Source: Synechococcus sp. A15-24 (GTDB taxonomy: Bacteria > Cyanobacteriota > Cyanobacteriia > PCC-6307 > Cyanobiaceae). Taken from it: a stretch of 32,000 bases of DNA. Under the pieces are notes generated by a model. That model did not search any database, had not been told where the DNA came from, and saw nothing but the letters and a program-made list of their open reading frames with translations. The position numbers and the translations under genes were made by a program. The number at the start of each line of letters is the position of its first letter. The first letter of the stretch is position 1. The stretch covers positions 1,260,001 to 1,292,000 of the forward strand of contig NZ_CP047960.1 of assembly GCF_014280195.1 (NCBI RefSeq), given 5' to 3'. This document shows, piece by piece, positions 25,223 through 32,000 of this stretch.

Positions 25223-25321
25223 TCAGAGGAAGTCGAAATCGTCTTCTGAATCACCCGCAAATGCGTTCATCACCAATGCAGAAAAAGGAATGAAAACGGC
25301 TGCAATCACAAGAATTTCCAT
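25223..25321 (-). CDS. 32-aa TM peptide with an acidic tail (MEILVIAAVFIPFSALVMNAFAGDSEDDFDFL)
   Basis: Hand translation only. Confidence 0.2.
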   Translation of the reverse strand: MEILVIAAVFIPFSALVMNAFAGDSEDDFDFL

Positions 25322-25506
25322 CAAGAGAGTCAGTCTTTAATGACCGTAGTTCACACTACGTTACAAACAGTCGCCGACGACACCGTCGATCGGAGCTGCG
25401 TCGAAATACCTAACTTTTAAGCCATGTCTTCAGCGACGTAGGCATTAAGCCTCGTTGTCAGCACATGCAGACAATCCACACTTGAAGAACCGACGTCTGT
25501 GGAGTC

Positions 25507-25821
25507 ATGCAACTGCTCAAAGCCGCATCCACCGCCATCCATGGGTTGCTGCCCTCGAGGCAGATCCGTACGACGGAGGAGTGCCGCCAGCGCAACGACC
25601 GACAAAGCTATTTCAGCCTCACCAGACAACTGGTGAGTGCGCAGTTTGTTCTGGCGGACGGACAGTTGGCAGCACGGCTTTGGCAGGAGATCGCCGACCG
25701 AGAGATGGATCTCGGACGCGTCATCAATCTCTTGTATGGCTGCAGCTTTCCCGAGGACGACCAGGCGATGCAGGACGCCGACGACGCGTACCTGAGCCTG
25801 GTGGATCCCCTTGATCCGTGA
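25507..25821 (+). CDS. Hypothetical protein (104 aa)
   Basis: It has an ATG start and good third-position GC bias. The competing antisense ORF 25417..25629 is less coding-like. Confidence 0.45.
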   Translation: MQLLKAASTAIHGLLPSRQIRTTEECRQRNDRQSYFSLTRQLVSAQFVLADGQLAARLWQEIADREMDLGRVINLLYGCSFPEDDQAMQDADDAYLSLVDPLDP

Positions 25822-26046
25822 GGCAGTGCCTCAAAGCTCAAACACCGTTCCCAGCACCAATGCTGGATGGGTTGTGGTGGAGGCCCGTCGGCGTTCTAGT
25901 TGAACAGCCATGGTCAGATGAGCCATGAAACGGACCGCTGACAGAACAGCGAGCCCTATGCAGAGGGGGCAGTGCGTGATTCCCATGACGTGAGGCTCCC
26001 AGCCTGCTGAGCAATTGGCATGGATCCGTGCGATTTCTTGATCAAA

Positions 26047-26292
26047 TCAACGGATCAACCACCAGAGCAGAGTCGTCATCAGCGCCCCTTTGGCGAAAGA
26101 CAGCCACATCAGCCCGTACAGGCCCATCCCGGTGCGCCGCATCAGGCCGTTGATCAACGTCTTGTGCCACCGAATCAGGACCGGGTCGCCATCGGTACTG
26201 AATTGCGCAACCCGCTTCAATGAAAGCTCGGCAAGCATTGTCATGACAGGGCGGAGGAATGACTCACAAGGAAGACTGGCTGGTAAGATCAT
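26047..26292 (-). CDS. Small membrane protein, divergent from rpsU
   Basis: The C-terminal half is hydrophobic ([27 protein letters not shown]). The start is uncertain; an alternative ATG lies at 26244. Confidence 0.35.
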
Positions 26293-26317
26293 TTTTTGCT
26301 CTCCCTCGGGGAAACGG

Positions 26318-26494
26318 ATGAGTCAGGTCACAGTCGGCGAAAACGAAGGGATCGAATCCGCATTGCGTCGGTTCAAGCGTTCTGTGGCCAAGGCAGGCAT
26401 CTTTTCCGACCTGCGTCGGATCCGCCACCACGAGACTCCTGTTGAGAAATACAAGCGCAAGCTGAAGCAGCGCTCCCGTAACCGCCGCCGCTGA
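26318..26494 (+). CDS. rpsU: 30S ribosomal protein S21
   Basis: [58 protein letters not shown] is the canonical S21 sequence pattern. It corresponds to the 3' portion of track ORF 26090..26494. Confidence 0.92.
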
Positions 26495-26518
26495 AGCCTG
26501 CCAAACTCAAGATTGTTC

Positions 26519-26543
26519 AGCGGGACTGAGTGCCCGCTTTTTT
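26519..26543 (+). terminator. Rho-independent terminator of rpsU
   Basis: AGCGGG (26519-26524) pairs with CCCGCT (26533-26538) around an 8-nt loop. A T-run follows, extending to 26543. Confidence 0.7.
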
Positions 26544-26643
26544 GTTCGCGCTGCATGGATTGGGAACAGCGCTGCGGCAGCGTCACAAAGCTTGATCGGT
26601 TTCGCCAGACTCCAACCCAATTTCAGAGATTCGGCCGAACCCG

Positions 26644-26886
26644 ATGTTCCTGCCTCCTCCGTTCTGCCCGATCAGTGCGGCAAAAATCGCCGGTCTCAAG
26701 GCCACGGTCAGCCTGTTGCTGGTCCTCCTGATCAAATCAAAACTCCTGCGAATCAAGATGTCGCTGCTGGGCTCCGTACTCGGATTCGCGATGCTGGTGG
26801 GATTTTTGATCAGCACCGGCCTACTCACCCTTGTGGCCGGCGGAGCCGTGGCCTACGCCGCCACGCAATCCAAGGAGGGCAACTGA
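26644..26886 (+). CDS. 80-aa two-TM membrane protein
   Basis: It has an ATG start and high GC3 throughout. A shorter 42-aa version could start at the ATG at 26758. Confidence 0.45.
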   Translation: MFLPPPFCPISAAKIAGLKATVSLLLVLLIKSKLLRIKMSLLGSVLGFAMLVGFLISTGLLTLVAGGAVAYAATQSKEGN

Positions 26887-26889
26887 CCC

Positions 26890-27552
26890 ATGGCACAACG
26901 TTTTGGATTGATCAGCGGAATCGGCCTATCCGCCCTTGGTGTTGCCGGTTTGGCAGGGGGAGGAATTCTCTGGAATTTCCAGGGGAGAACTCTGGGTCTC
27001 AGTGCCACCGTGACCGCTCTGGTCTTGTTGGCCATCAGCCTTGTACTGCTGCGACCCTTACCGGCGGAGCCCGTTCAGGAACCAGCCGCTGATGGTGAGC
27101 CAGCCAAAGTCAACGGCTTCTCCCTGCAGCTGCCTGAGGTGTCGCTGGTAGGTCTGCTCCTGGCAGCCATCGGAACCTTTGGGCTAGCGGGCTCCGGCAT
27201 TGCCTGGAATTTCAAAGGCCTTGCCCTCGGCCTCACCGGCACGATCACATCGATCGCTGCCCTGGTCTTCAGTCTGCTGTTTCTCTGGCCCCTGCGGAGC
27301 AAAAAGGCCAAGGTCACTGCCACGCCTGCGAAGCCTGTGGTCACGGAACCGGCTGTCGCCCCAACCATCACCACCGCCGACGCGATCCGTCAGCAGTTGG
27401 CTGATGATCAAAACCAAGCACCGGAGGTCACTCTGAGGACATTCGCGCCGGACCACCTTGTGCCGGGACGCACCTTACCCAGACGATCCCGCAACGCTGG
27501 TCCCTCGCTTGGTCGTTACCGGTCGATGGTGGGCGAATTGTTCAGCAGCTGA
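26890..27552 (+). CDS. Membrane protein with an internally duplicated two-helix module
   Basis: GVAGLAGGGILWNFQGRTLGLSATVTALVLLAISLVLLRPL is repeated as GTFGLAGSGIAWNFKGLALGLTGTITSIAALVFSLLFLWPL. The C-terminal tail is Pro/Thr/Ala-rich. Confidence 0.65.
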   Translation: MAQRFGLISGIGLSALGVAGLAGGGILWNFQGRTLGLSATVTALVLLAISLVLLRPLPAEPVQEPAADGEPAKVNGFSLQLPEVSLVGLLLAAIGTFGLAGSGIAWNFKGLALGLTGTITSIAALVFSLLFLWPLRSKKAKVTATPAKPVVTEPAVAPTITTADAIRQQLADDQNQAPEVTLRTFAPDHLVPGRTLPRRSRNAGPSLGRYRSMVGELFSS

Positions 27553-27827
27553 TTCATCACATTGCGCAGCTGTTGGTGCCAGGGCGTCACATCCACGGTC
27601 TGTCGACGCCCTGACCACTGGTCCATCCCGGGGTGAAATCCAGCCTCGTCCATCTCACGACGGAGTCTGCGCATCACTGGAATCAACAGTGCAGCAAAGA
27701 CCAGGCTGAACAACAACAGAAATGGCAGCAACGTGACCAGCCAGATCGTTGCAACCGCCGTCAGCACACCTGTGAGGATCAGCTGAAGCCAACGCGGTGT
27801 GGCTCGACTGGGAAGTTGTTTCATCAA
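27516..27827 (-). CDS. Membrane protein (103 aa, two TM helices)
   Basis: The core is hydrophobic (LQLILTGVLTAVATIWLVTLLPFLLLFSLVFAALLIPV). The 3' end overlaps the convergent gene by 37 nt. Confidence 0.5.
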   Translation of the reverse strand: MMKQLPSRATPRWLQLILTGVLTAVATIWLVTLLPFLLLFSLVFAALLIPVMRRLRREMDEAGFHPGMDQWSGRRQTVDVTPWHQQLRNVMNQLLNNSPTIDR

Positions 27828-28120
27828 CGACCTGGTTGGGATGCCTCTAAAGCCTGCAACCCGAGCATCAAATACGTGCGAAAACTGCCAAGCGCCATCA
27901 CCTGTTGCGGTGATCGACCTGAACCGATGGCGTCACCTTCTTGGGCCATGTGTTGCAACAGGTAGCGGGTGTGATTCGCCCAGCACTCGAGCTCTACTGA
28001 AAGTGTGTCATTGCCCTCCTCAGCAGGAGTTGAAGATTCCTGCATGGCGGTTGAAAGCCATTGGTTCAGCTGCCGATGGCTGAGGGCGTCGGGGATTGAG
28101 GGGGCGTCGTCTCGATTCAT
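27824..28120 (-). CDS. Hypothetical protein (98 aa)
   Basis: An ATGA-type 4-nt overlap with the downstream gene start at 27827 suggests translational coupling. Confidence 0.45.
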   Translation of the reverse strand: MNRDDAPSIPDALSHRQLNQWLSTAMQESSTPAEEGNDTLSVELECWANHTRYLLQHMAQEGDAIGSGRSPQQVMALGSFRTYLMLGLQALEASQPGR

Positions 28121-28203
28121 GAGCGATTGATCTGAGATGACTCGACCCTATGGAGACGTCTTGAACAGGACCAGTTCGGTCGGCATGGGGATCACCGCAC
28201 CGC

Positions 28204-28380
28204 TCAGGTGGTCTTGCCGAAGATGCGCTCCAGCTCTTGCCGGAAATCCTGCTGACTCAATGGCTCCGCGCCGCGACGTCGCCGGTTGCGGCGCACAAGC
28301 GAACGGATCCACCAGAGTTGCAGTGCAGCAAACAGCGTGCCGGTCACCAGCAAGCTTGCCGTGGCACTGTTCCAATCCAT
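28204..28380 (-). CDS. 58-aa single-TM protein (MDWNSATASLLVTGTLFAALQLWWIRSLVRRNRRRRGAEPLSQQDFRQELERIFGKTT)
   Basis: Hand translation; just under the track's cutoff. It looks far more protein-like than the overlapping track ORFs 28148..28561 and 28137..28385. Confidence 0.4.
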   Translation of the reverse strand: MDWNSATASLLVTGTLFAALQLWWIRSLVRRNRRRRGAEPLSQQDFRQELERIFGKTT

Positions 28381-28389
28381 GCTGACGCC

Positions 28390-28545
28390 TCAATACCTCG
28401 ATTGCGGCAACGTGAAGCCCGACTGCATGTGCCCGAAATCCAACATCACGTAAGTGAGCCAGATCAGCAGAGCGGCAATGCCTGCTCCTGCTGCAACTTT
28501 CGCCAGAGAGCGACCGATCATCTCCAGAAGGCTGACCTCTCTCAT
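28390..28545 (-). CDS. 51-aa single-TM protein (MREVSLLEMIGRSLAKVAAGAGIAALLIWLTYVMLDFGHMQSGFTLPQSRY)
   Basis: This is the only protein-like part of track ORF 28390..28935. It ends 9 nt before the next small ORF. Confidence 0.4.
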   Translation of the reverse strand: MREVSLLEMIGRSLAKVAAGAGIAALLIWLTYVMLDFGHMQSGFTLPQSRY

Positions 28546-28592
28546 CGGGCGACAACGGCAACCCTCTGATTCTGCCGTGACTGGCTCCACGA

Positions 28593-28802
28593 ATGAGGGA
28601 ATGCGAACCTCAGTCAGCGTTCTCGACACCCATGCCGCTGATTCCGCGCTGGCGATACATGACACCCCAGGCCCGACAGCAGACCCGTCGCTTGGCTCTC
28701 GGCATCGGAGTTCTGGTGTTGCTGCTTGTGCTGAAGCTGCCGCTGCCCTGGCTGCTGCTGGCAGGGGCTGCATGGTGGCTACGGGGACGTCTGCAGCGAT
28801 AA
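28593..28802 (+). CDS. Small membrane protein (56-69 aa)
   Basis: It contains RRLALGIGVLVLLLVLKLPLPWLLLAGAAWWLRGRLQR. An alternative ATG lies at 28632. The stop abuts the hairpin at 28810-28825. Confidence 0.35.
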   Translation: MRECEPQSAFSTPMPLIPRWRYMTPQARQQTRRLALGIGVLVLLLVLKLPLPWLLLAGAAWWLRGRLQR

Positions 28803-28825
28803 AAAAAGACCCCGCCGAAGGCAGG
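28801..28825 (-). terminator. Rho-independent terminator (- strand), probably ending the hli transcript
   Basis: The - strand reads CCTGCC-TTC-GGCGGG followed by GTC and a T7 run. An additional 8-bp hairpin, CCGGTGTG/CACACCGG, lies at 28837-28864 between hli and this terminator. Confidence 0.6.
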
Positions 28826-28968
28826 ATCTGGGCACACCGGTGTGTGACCTTGTTTCCACACCGGTTTGCCTCCTCACAAATGAACGTTCGCGAACCAACG
28901 AGGGCGCTGAAAGAACGAGAGTGGAGGCGCGTCAACTGTCACCGTGACAGCTGGATGCAAGGGATGCT

Positions 28969-29172
28969 TCAGCCGATGCCCAGCAATCCGAAGCCGATTT
29001 GGCTGACGATCCCTTGTCCGGTGATCAGCTCGGTGAGCAGGCCGATCAGAAAACCCAACATGGCAATACGGCCATTGAGCAGTTCGGCACGGTTCATGCG
29101 CTCCGATGAAATCTGCGCACGAGCAGCGTCCTGATACCAGTCATCACGAGTCTTGGAGGCGGAGTCGGACAT
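28969..29172 (-). CDS. hli: High-light-inducible protein (HLIP, CAB/ELIP/HLIP superfamily)
   Basis: It has the signature ERMNRAELLNGRIAMLGFLIGLLTE (E-x-x-N-G-R-x-A-M-x-G-F), is 67 aa long and has a single TM helix. Confidence 0.85.
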   Translation of the reverse strand: MSDSASKTRDDWYQDAARAQISSERMNRAELLNGRIAMLGFLIGLLTELITGQGIVSQIGFGLLGIG

Positions 29173-29215
29173 CTCTCAACTAAAAGTGAAACAATGTTAC
29201 GCCTTCTTGACTTCC

Positions 29216-29854
29216 TCAGCAACAGACCGAAGCCAGAAACGCGTGAACATGCTGAACCGCCAGGTTCAAGTTCTGTTCCTCAGTTCGGCCAGAACGCTTT
29301 CGCGGCGAAAAACTGTGATCTCCGTCGGGGATCCACTGCAACGTCACCGCCGAGCTCAGGGAATACCCCTCCACTTCGTCCTGTCGCCCCATCGCATCAC
29401 GCTCGCCCTGAACAATCAGACAGGGGGCTGACAGGTCGATCAAATGCTGGGTGCGCAGCTGAGCAGGCTTGCCCAGAGGATGGAATGGGTAACCGAGGCA
29501 AACACCTGCCGCAACAGTTGAACTGGCATGCAGCTCATCCAGGAGCAGACTGGCGATCCGTCCCCCCATCGACTTCCCTCCAATCACCAATGGCCGACCT
29601 TGACCCAGCTGATCAACAGCTTCCTTGAAAGCTTTCAGCAACACATCAGGCCGATCAGGAAGAGTCTTCTGCCCGGTCAGACGCCGTCTGGCCGTTTACG
29701 GGAAGTCAAAACGGTGAACCCGCCGGTTCAGCTGCCCAAGACCATCGGCCATGGCTTGCATGAACGGGGATTGAGAGTCAACTACAGCCCCATGTGCCAA
29801 CAGCAAGGATCCCGACGCATGGACGGGACCCGTAGTCATCAAGTCGACAGGCAT
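29216..29854 (-). pseudogene. Alpha/beta hydrolase (KANL3/Tex30-like family) interrupted by an in-frame TAA
   Basis: The N-terminal 52 codons (MPVDLMTTGPVHASGSLLLAHGAVVDSQSPFMQAMADGLGQLNRRVHRFDFP) run from the ATG at 29854 into a TAA at 29696-29698. The same frame then continues as TARRRLTGQKTLPDRPDVLLKAF..., which is track ORF 29216..29644 carrying the GKSMGG nucleophile elbow. Confidence 0.65.
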
Positions 29855-29861
29855 TGAGCCT

Positions 29862-30380
29862 TCAACGCGTTGCAGCAGCCTCGGTCATGGCAGGAGTTTT
29901 TGCTGCGAGAGCTTCCAAGGTCTCTTTGGAGTCAGCGGCAGGCGCGTCAAAACGACGGGCAATCAACTCGTCGATGGAGAACAGCCCAGGACCACAAGCC
30001 AACACTGCGATGGCGGCAGCGAAATAGAGGCCCAGAAGTTCCAACAAATAGATGTTGAAACCAGCAGTGACGATGGCGTGGTAAATCGCCACGGTGATCG
30101 TTCCGGCAATTGCCATGGCCCCCATACGGGTCAGCAAACCGGTGATCAGCAGCCAGCTACCGATGACCTCGGAGAAGGCCGCCACGTATGACAGAAGAAT
30201 GGGGAAGGGAAGATGCAGAGGGCGAACAAACGCATCTGCGAAATTCTCGATATTGGCCAGTTTTTCGTAACCATGATGGATCAACAACGATCCAGTGAAT
30301 ACGCGAAGAAACAGCAGACCAAGATCGGCCGCGATGGCACGAGTCAGGACGAGACGGATCATCGGACCGAACATAGACAC
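29862..30380 (-). CDS. DoxX-family membrane protein
   Basis: It is a four-TM protein with the LLFLRVFTGSLLIHHGYEKL pattern typical of DoxX. GTG is at 30380; an alternative ATG lies at 30374. Confidence 0.8.
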   Translation of the reverse strand: MSMFGPMIRLVLTRAIAADLGLLFLRVFTGSLLIHHGYEKLANIENFADAFVRPLHLPFPILLSYVAAFSEVIGSWLLITGLLTRMGAMAIAGTITVAIYHAIVTAGFNIYLLELLGLYFAAAIAVLACGPGLFSIDELIARRFDAPAADSKETLEALAAKTPAMTEAAATR

Positions 30381-30459
30381 ATGAAAATTAATGAACTTTC
30401 ATGTTCAACCGCGCGAAATCAAAGGGATAGGGGCGCGATTGAGTGTTTTTACCTAGCCG

Positions 30460-30777
30460 TCAGTCGACGTCGTCCAGCTTCTCGTTGTGCTCCTTCTGCA
30501 TCTCGACCATCTCAGCGCAGGTGAGGGCCGGTGCGTATTCGAAGTCAAGTCCGAACATGGAACGCCAGAACATGAAATGCCGGAACAAGGCCTTGGCATC
30601 GGCGGCCTTGCAGATCACGCAAACCCGTCCGGACTCAGGCATGTGCAGACGAGCCACCAGTTCGAACCCGTCGAACTTGTCGCCCTCAGCGCCGGAGTCC
30701 ATGTATTCGATGAAGGCGGTGTAGCCCTCGTCCTGCGTTTCAGTCGGGACCTGCCCGTTGCAGACGTAGTACTGCAT
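30460..30777 (-). CDS. Small soluble protein, DUF3303-like (105 aa)
   Basis: The start is trimmed to the ATG at 30777 (MQYYVCNGQVPTETQDEGY...), because the track's N-terminal extension is low-complexity Ser/Thr. Confidence 0.55.
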   Translation of the reverse strand: MQYYVCNGQVPTETQDEGYTAFIEYMDSGAEGDKFDGFELVARLHMPESGRVCVICKAADAKALFRHFMFWRSMFGLDFEYAPALTCAEMVEMQKEHNEKLDDVD

Positions 30778-30808
30778 GGTTATTGAGAAGCAAGAAAAAA
30801 GATCTGAT

Positions 30809-31027
30809 TCAGTCGTCGTAGACGAGGCACTCGGGCTCGTCTGGGTTCTGCTCACAGAACAGCTCGAGCGGTGACGGATCGTGGCTGTCGTTCGGAAATT
30901 GCTTCTTGTGGTCCAGCAACCACTGCAGCTCTTCGGTGAGGTGGCGCACCTTTCCGTCGTTGTGCTCCGAAAGGGCTTTCAGGAACTCTTCCTGATCCTT
31001 CTGGATGTGTTCGTCGATGGTTTTCAT
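30809..31027 (-). CDS. cp12: CP12 (Calvin-cycle GAPDH/PRK regulatory protein)
   Basis: It has the C-terminal signature CEQNPDEPECLVYDD (C-x3-P-x4-C-x-x-Y-D-D), a central VRHLTEEL motif and is 72 aa long. Confidence 0.85.
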   Translation of the reverse strand: MKTIDEHIQKDQEEFLKALSEHNDGKVRHLTEELQWLLDHKKQFPNDSHDPSPLELFCEQNPDEPECLVYDD

Positions 31028-31213
31028 GGTTCAGGTCAGGCCTGCCAACCACTGCGTCGTAGCGGGGCAACCACCGTTGAATCAGTGAGTATTTCTACTT
31101 TTATCGGCGAAAGCACACATCGTCGAAGCCTGGTTTGCGATCAAGTCCTGTGACACATCAGTAGCCAGGTCGGCGCAAAGCATGGAGAGTCGGTTTGACA
31201 AAACAGAGCTCCT

Positions 31214-31372
31214 ATGCATCTCAATGAACGGGTCGTGCTGACGGGAGCCATTTTGTTTGGCCTCGGACTCGTGGCCGGGATCGCCATCGGATCTGCCACT
31301 GCCGTGTCAGCACTCACTCAGGGTGCCCCTGATGTTATGCAGAGCTGGTCCGGCGTGGTTGCGATGCCCTGA
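31214..31372 (+). CDS. 52-aa single-TM protein (MHLNERVVLTGAILFGLGLVAGIAIGSATAVSALTQGAPDVMQSWSGVVAMP)
   Basis: Hand translation; below the track's cutoff. Confidence 0.35.
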   Translation: MHLNERVVLTGAILFGLGLVAGIAIGSATAVSALTQGAPDVMQSWSGVVAMP

Positions 31373-31378
31373 GGATTG

Positions 31379-31894
31379 TCAGATCAAAGCCAGAGGGCGT
31401 GGCTGGTCCACCGACCGGCAGTTGTGATCATCTTCATTGGTGGTCCGCAATTCGAGATTGAAAAACAAAGCGGATGCGGTGTTGAGAAATGGACCGGCAT
31501 GCCAGGTGCCTGGATGCAGCTTGACCCCCTCCCCCGGAAGCATCTTCATCAGCAACACCTGATCAGACGCAATCGAGCCATCAGCCCGGGGCGGGCCTGG
31601 AGGAGCCACAGCCAGCCACCACGCCTGAGCATCGGCTGACCCCAGACATTGACTCACCCGCTGGTGGGAGGTCATAGCTGCCAACACAGGTGGCCTGCGC
31701 CGGAGACGCATCAGGTAAAACCGTGGATGGCCGTCTGCATCGAAATGAAGCTCGGCGTCCTGGGGGCCGAAGGGTGAGGGATCGTCCTGCGGCAGCAGCA
31801 GGGTTCCGCAGCTGGAAAAGCGTGGATCGTCGGGGCGGATCGGCTGAAGCGTTGCGGCTGGAGAGCCGAGTAAGGACTCAACGGGCACCGACAC
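31379..31894 (-). CDS. Ureidoglycolate lyase (AllA)-like protein
   Basis: SHQRVSQCLG, GVKLHPGTWHAGPF and NEDDHNCRS align by eye with the E. coli AllA blocks HPLGTQAFIP, GVNYHRNVWHHPLF and DRGGSDNCD. The start is GTG. Confidence 0.6.
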   Translation of the reverse strand: MSVPVESLLGSPAATLQPIRPDDPRFSSCGTLLLPQDDPSPFGPQDAELHFDADGHPRFYLMRLRRRPPVLAAMTSHQRVSQCLGSADAQAWWLAVAPPGPPRADGSIASDQVLLMKMLPGEGVKLHPGTWHAGPFLNTASALFFNLELRTTNEDDHNCRSVDQPRPLALI

Positions 31895-32000
31895 TGATGC
31901 TCCCGACGCTGATCAACTGTTCCAGCCGTGCGCTGAGCTTCTGCTCGGTGCGATCGAAGTGATCGTGATTGCCCGCCATGAAGGCAAGCTCCTCACTGGT
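31878..32000 (-). CDS. 3' end of a CDS that continues beyond the window
   Basis: The frame is open from the window edge: ...TSEELAFMAGNHDHFDRTEQKLSARLEQLISVGSISVGAR with a stop at 31878-31880. It overlaps the next gene start by 17 nt. The GNHD motif hints at a metallophosphoesterase, but this is weak. Confidence 0.35.
   Translation of the reverse strand, partial: TSEELAFMAGNHDHFDRTEQKLSARLEQLISVGSISVGAR

Noticed and set aside
28148-28935. Track ORFs 28148..28561 (-), 28137..28385 (+), 28237..28569 (+), the N-terminal 130 aa of 28390..28935 (-), and 28610..28861 (-).
   Set aside because: Their translations are low-complexity and Arg/Ser/Ala-rich. Short alternative ORFs in the same region give clean single-TM proteins and fit the terminator positions better.
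28936-28950. The palindrome CTGTCAC-C-GTGACAG just downstream of hli, and the 12-nt palindrome CACACCGGTGTG at 28833-28844.
   Set aside because: Perfect 6-7-bp inverted repeats of this size are expected several times by chance in 32 kb on two strands. A 1-nt loop cannot form an RNA hairpin. They are kept only as part of the hli 3'-region description.
1-32000. A search by eye for CRISPR arrays, IS elements or transposases, integrases, rRNA, complete tRNAs and long direct or tandem repeats.
   Set aside because: I saw no regularly spaced repeats, no transposase- or integrase-like ORFs and no rRNA-like segments. The only repeats noticed are protein-level ones, namely the paralog family and the internal duplication, plus short hairpins. 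A computational repeat and tRNA scan (tRNAscan-SE, Infernal) would be needed to be definitive.

Overview
The window looks like a high-GC marine picocyanobacterium, Synechococcus-like. This is inferred from an HLIP gene, cp12, a Nif11-type peptide, an NblA-like ORF, a GH57 gene and many tiny membrane ORFs. It splits into two parts.

(1) 0.7-14.3 kb is a dense nitrogen-scavenging region made of two convergent operons.
(a) The + strand operon opens with a clearly readable guanidine-I (ykkC) riboswitch. It is followed by an arginase-fold hydrolase (GdmH-like Ni-dependent guanidine hydrolase), HypA/HypB-type nickel chaperones, a NitT/TauT-type ABC importer and a translationally coupled Rieske oxygenase.
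(b) The - strand operon is the conserved but functionally unresolved Nit1C / MSMEG_0567-0572 cluster: DsrE-like protein, nitrilase, radical SAM, GNAT, AIR-synthase-like protein and a small protein. Here it is extended by DUF1348-like and DUF3050-like genes. The cluster's flavin oxidoreductase is transcribed divergently across an A/T-rich nested palindrome.

(2) 14.3-32 kb is a mosaic of housekeeping and accessory genes. These include a TIM-barrel isomerase, a J-domain protein, an SDR, GH57, DUF1499, a DUF2130/RmuC-like protein, a cupin, rpsU, hli, DoxX, cp12 and an AllA-like protein. They are interleaved with visibly more A/T-rich patches full of very small ORFs, many below the 60-aa cutoff of the supplied track.

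Other notable items are three diverged paralogs of a ~60-70 aa protein family, an alpha/beta hydrolase interrupted by an in-frame TAA, and a hairpin-rich candidate sRNA or 3' UTR.

I found no rRNA, complete tRNA, CRISPR array, transposase or integrase. All family assignments come from motif recognition by eye, not from searches.
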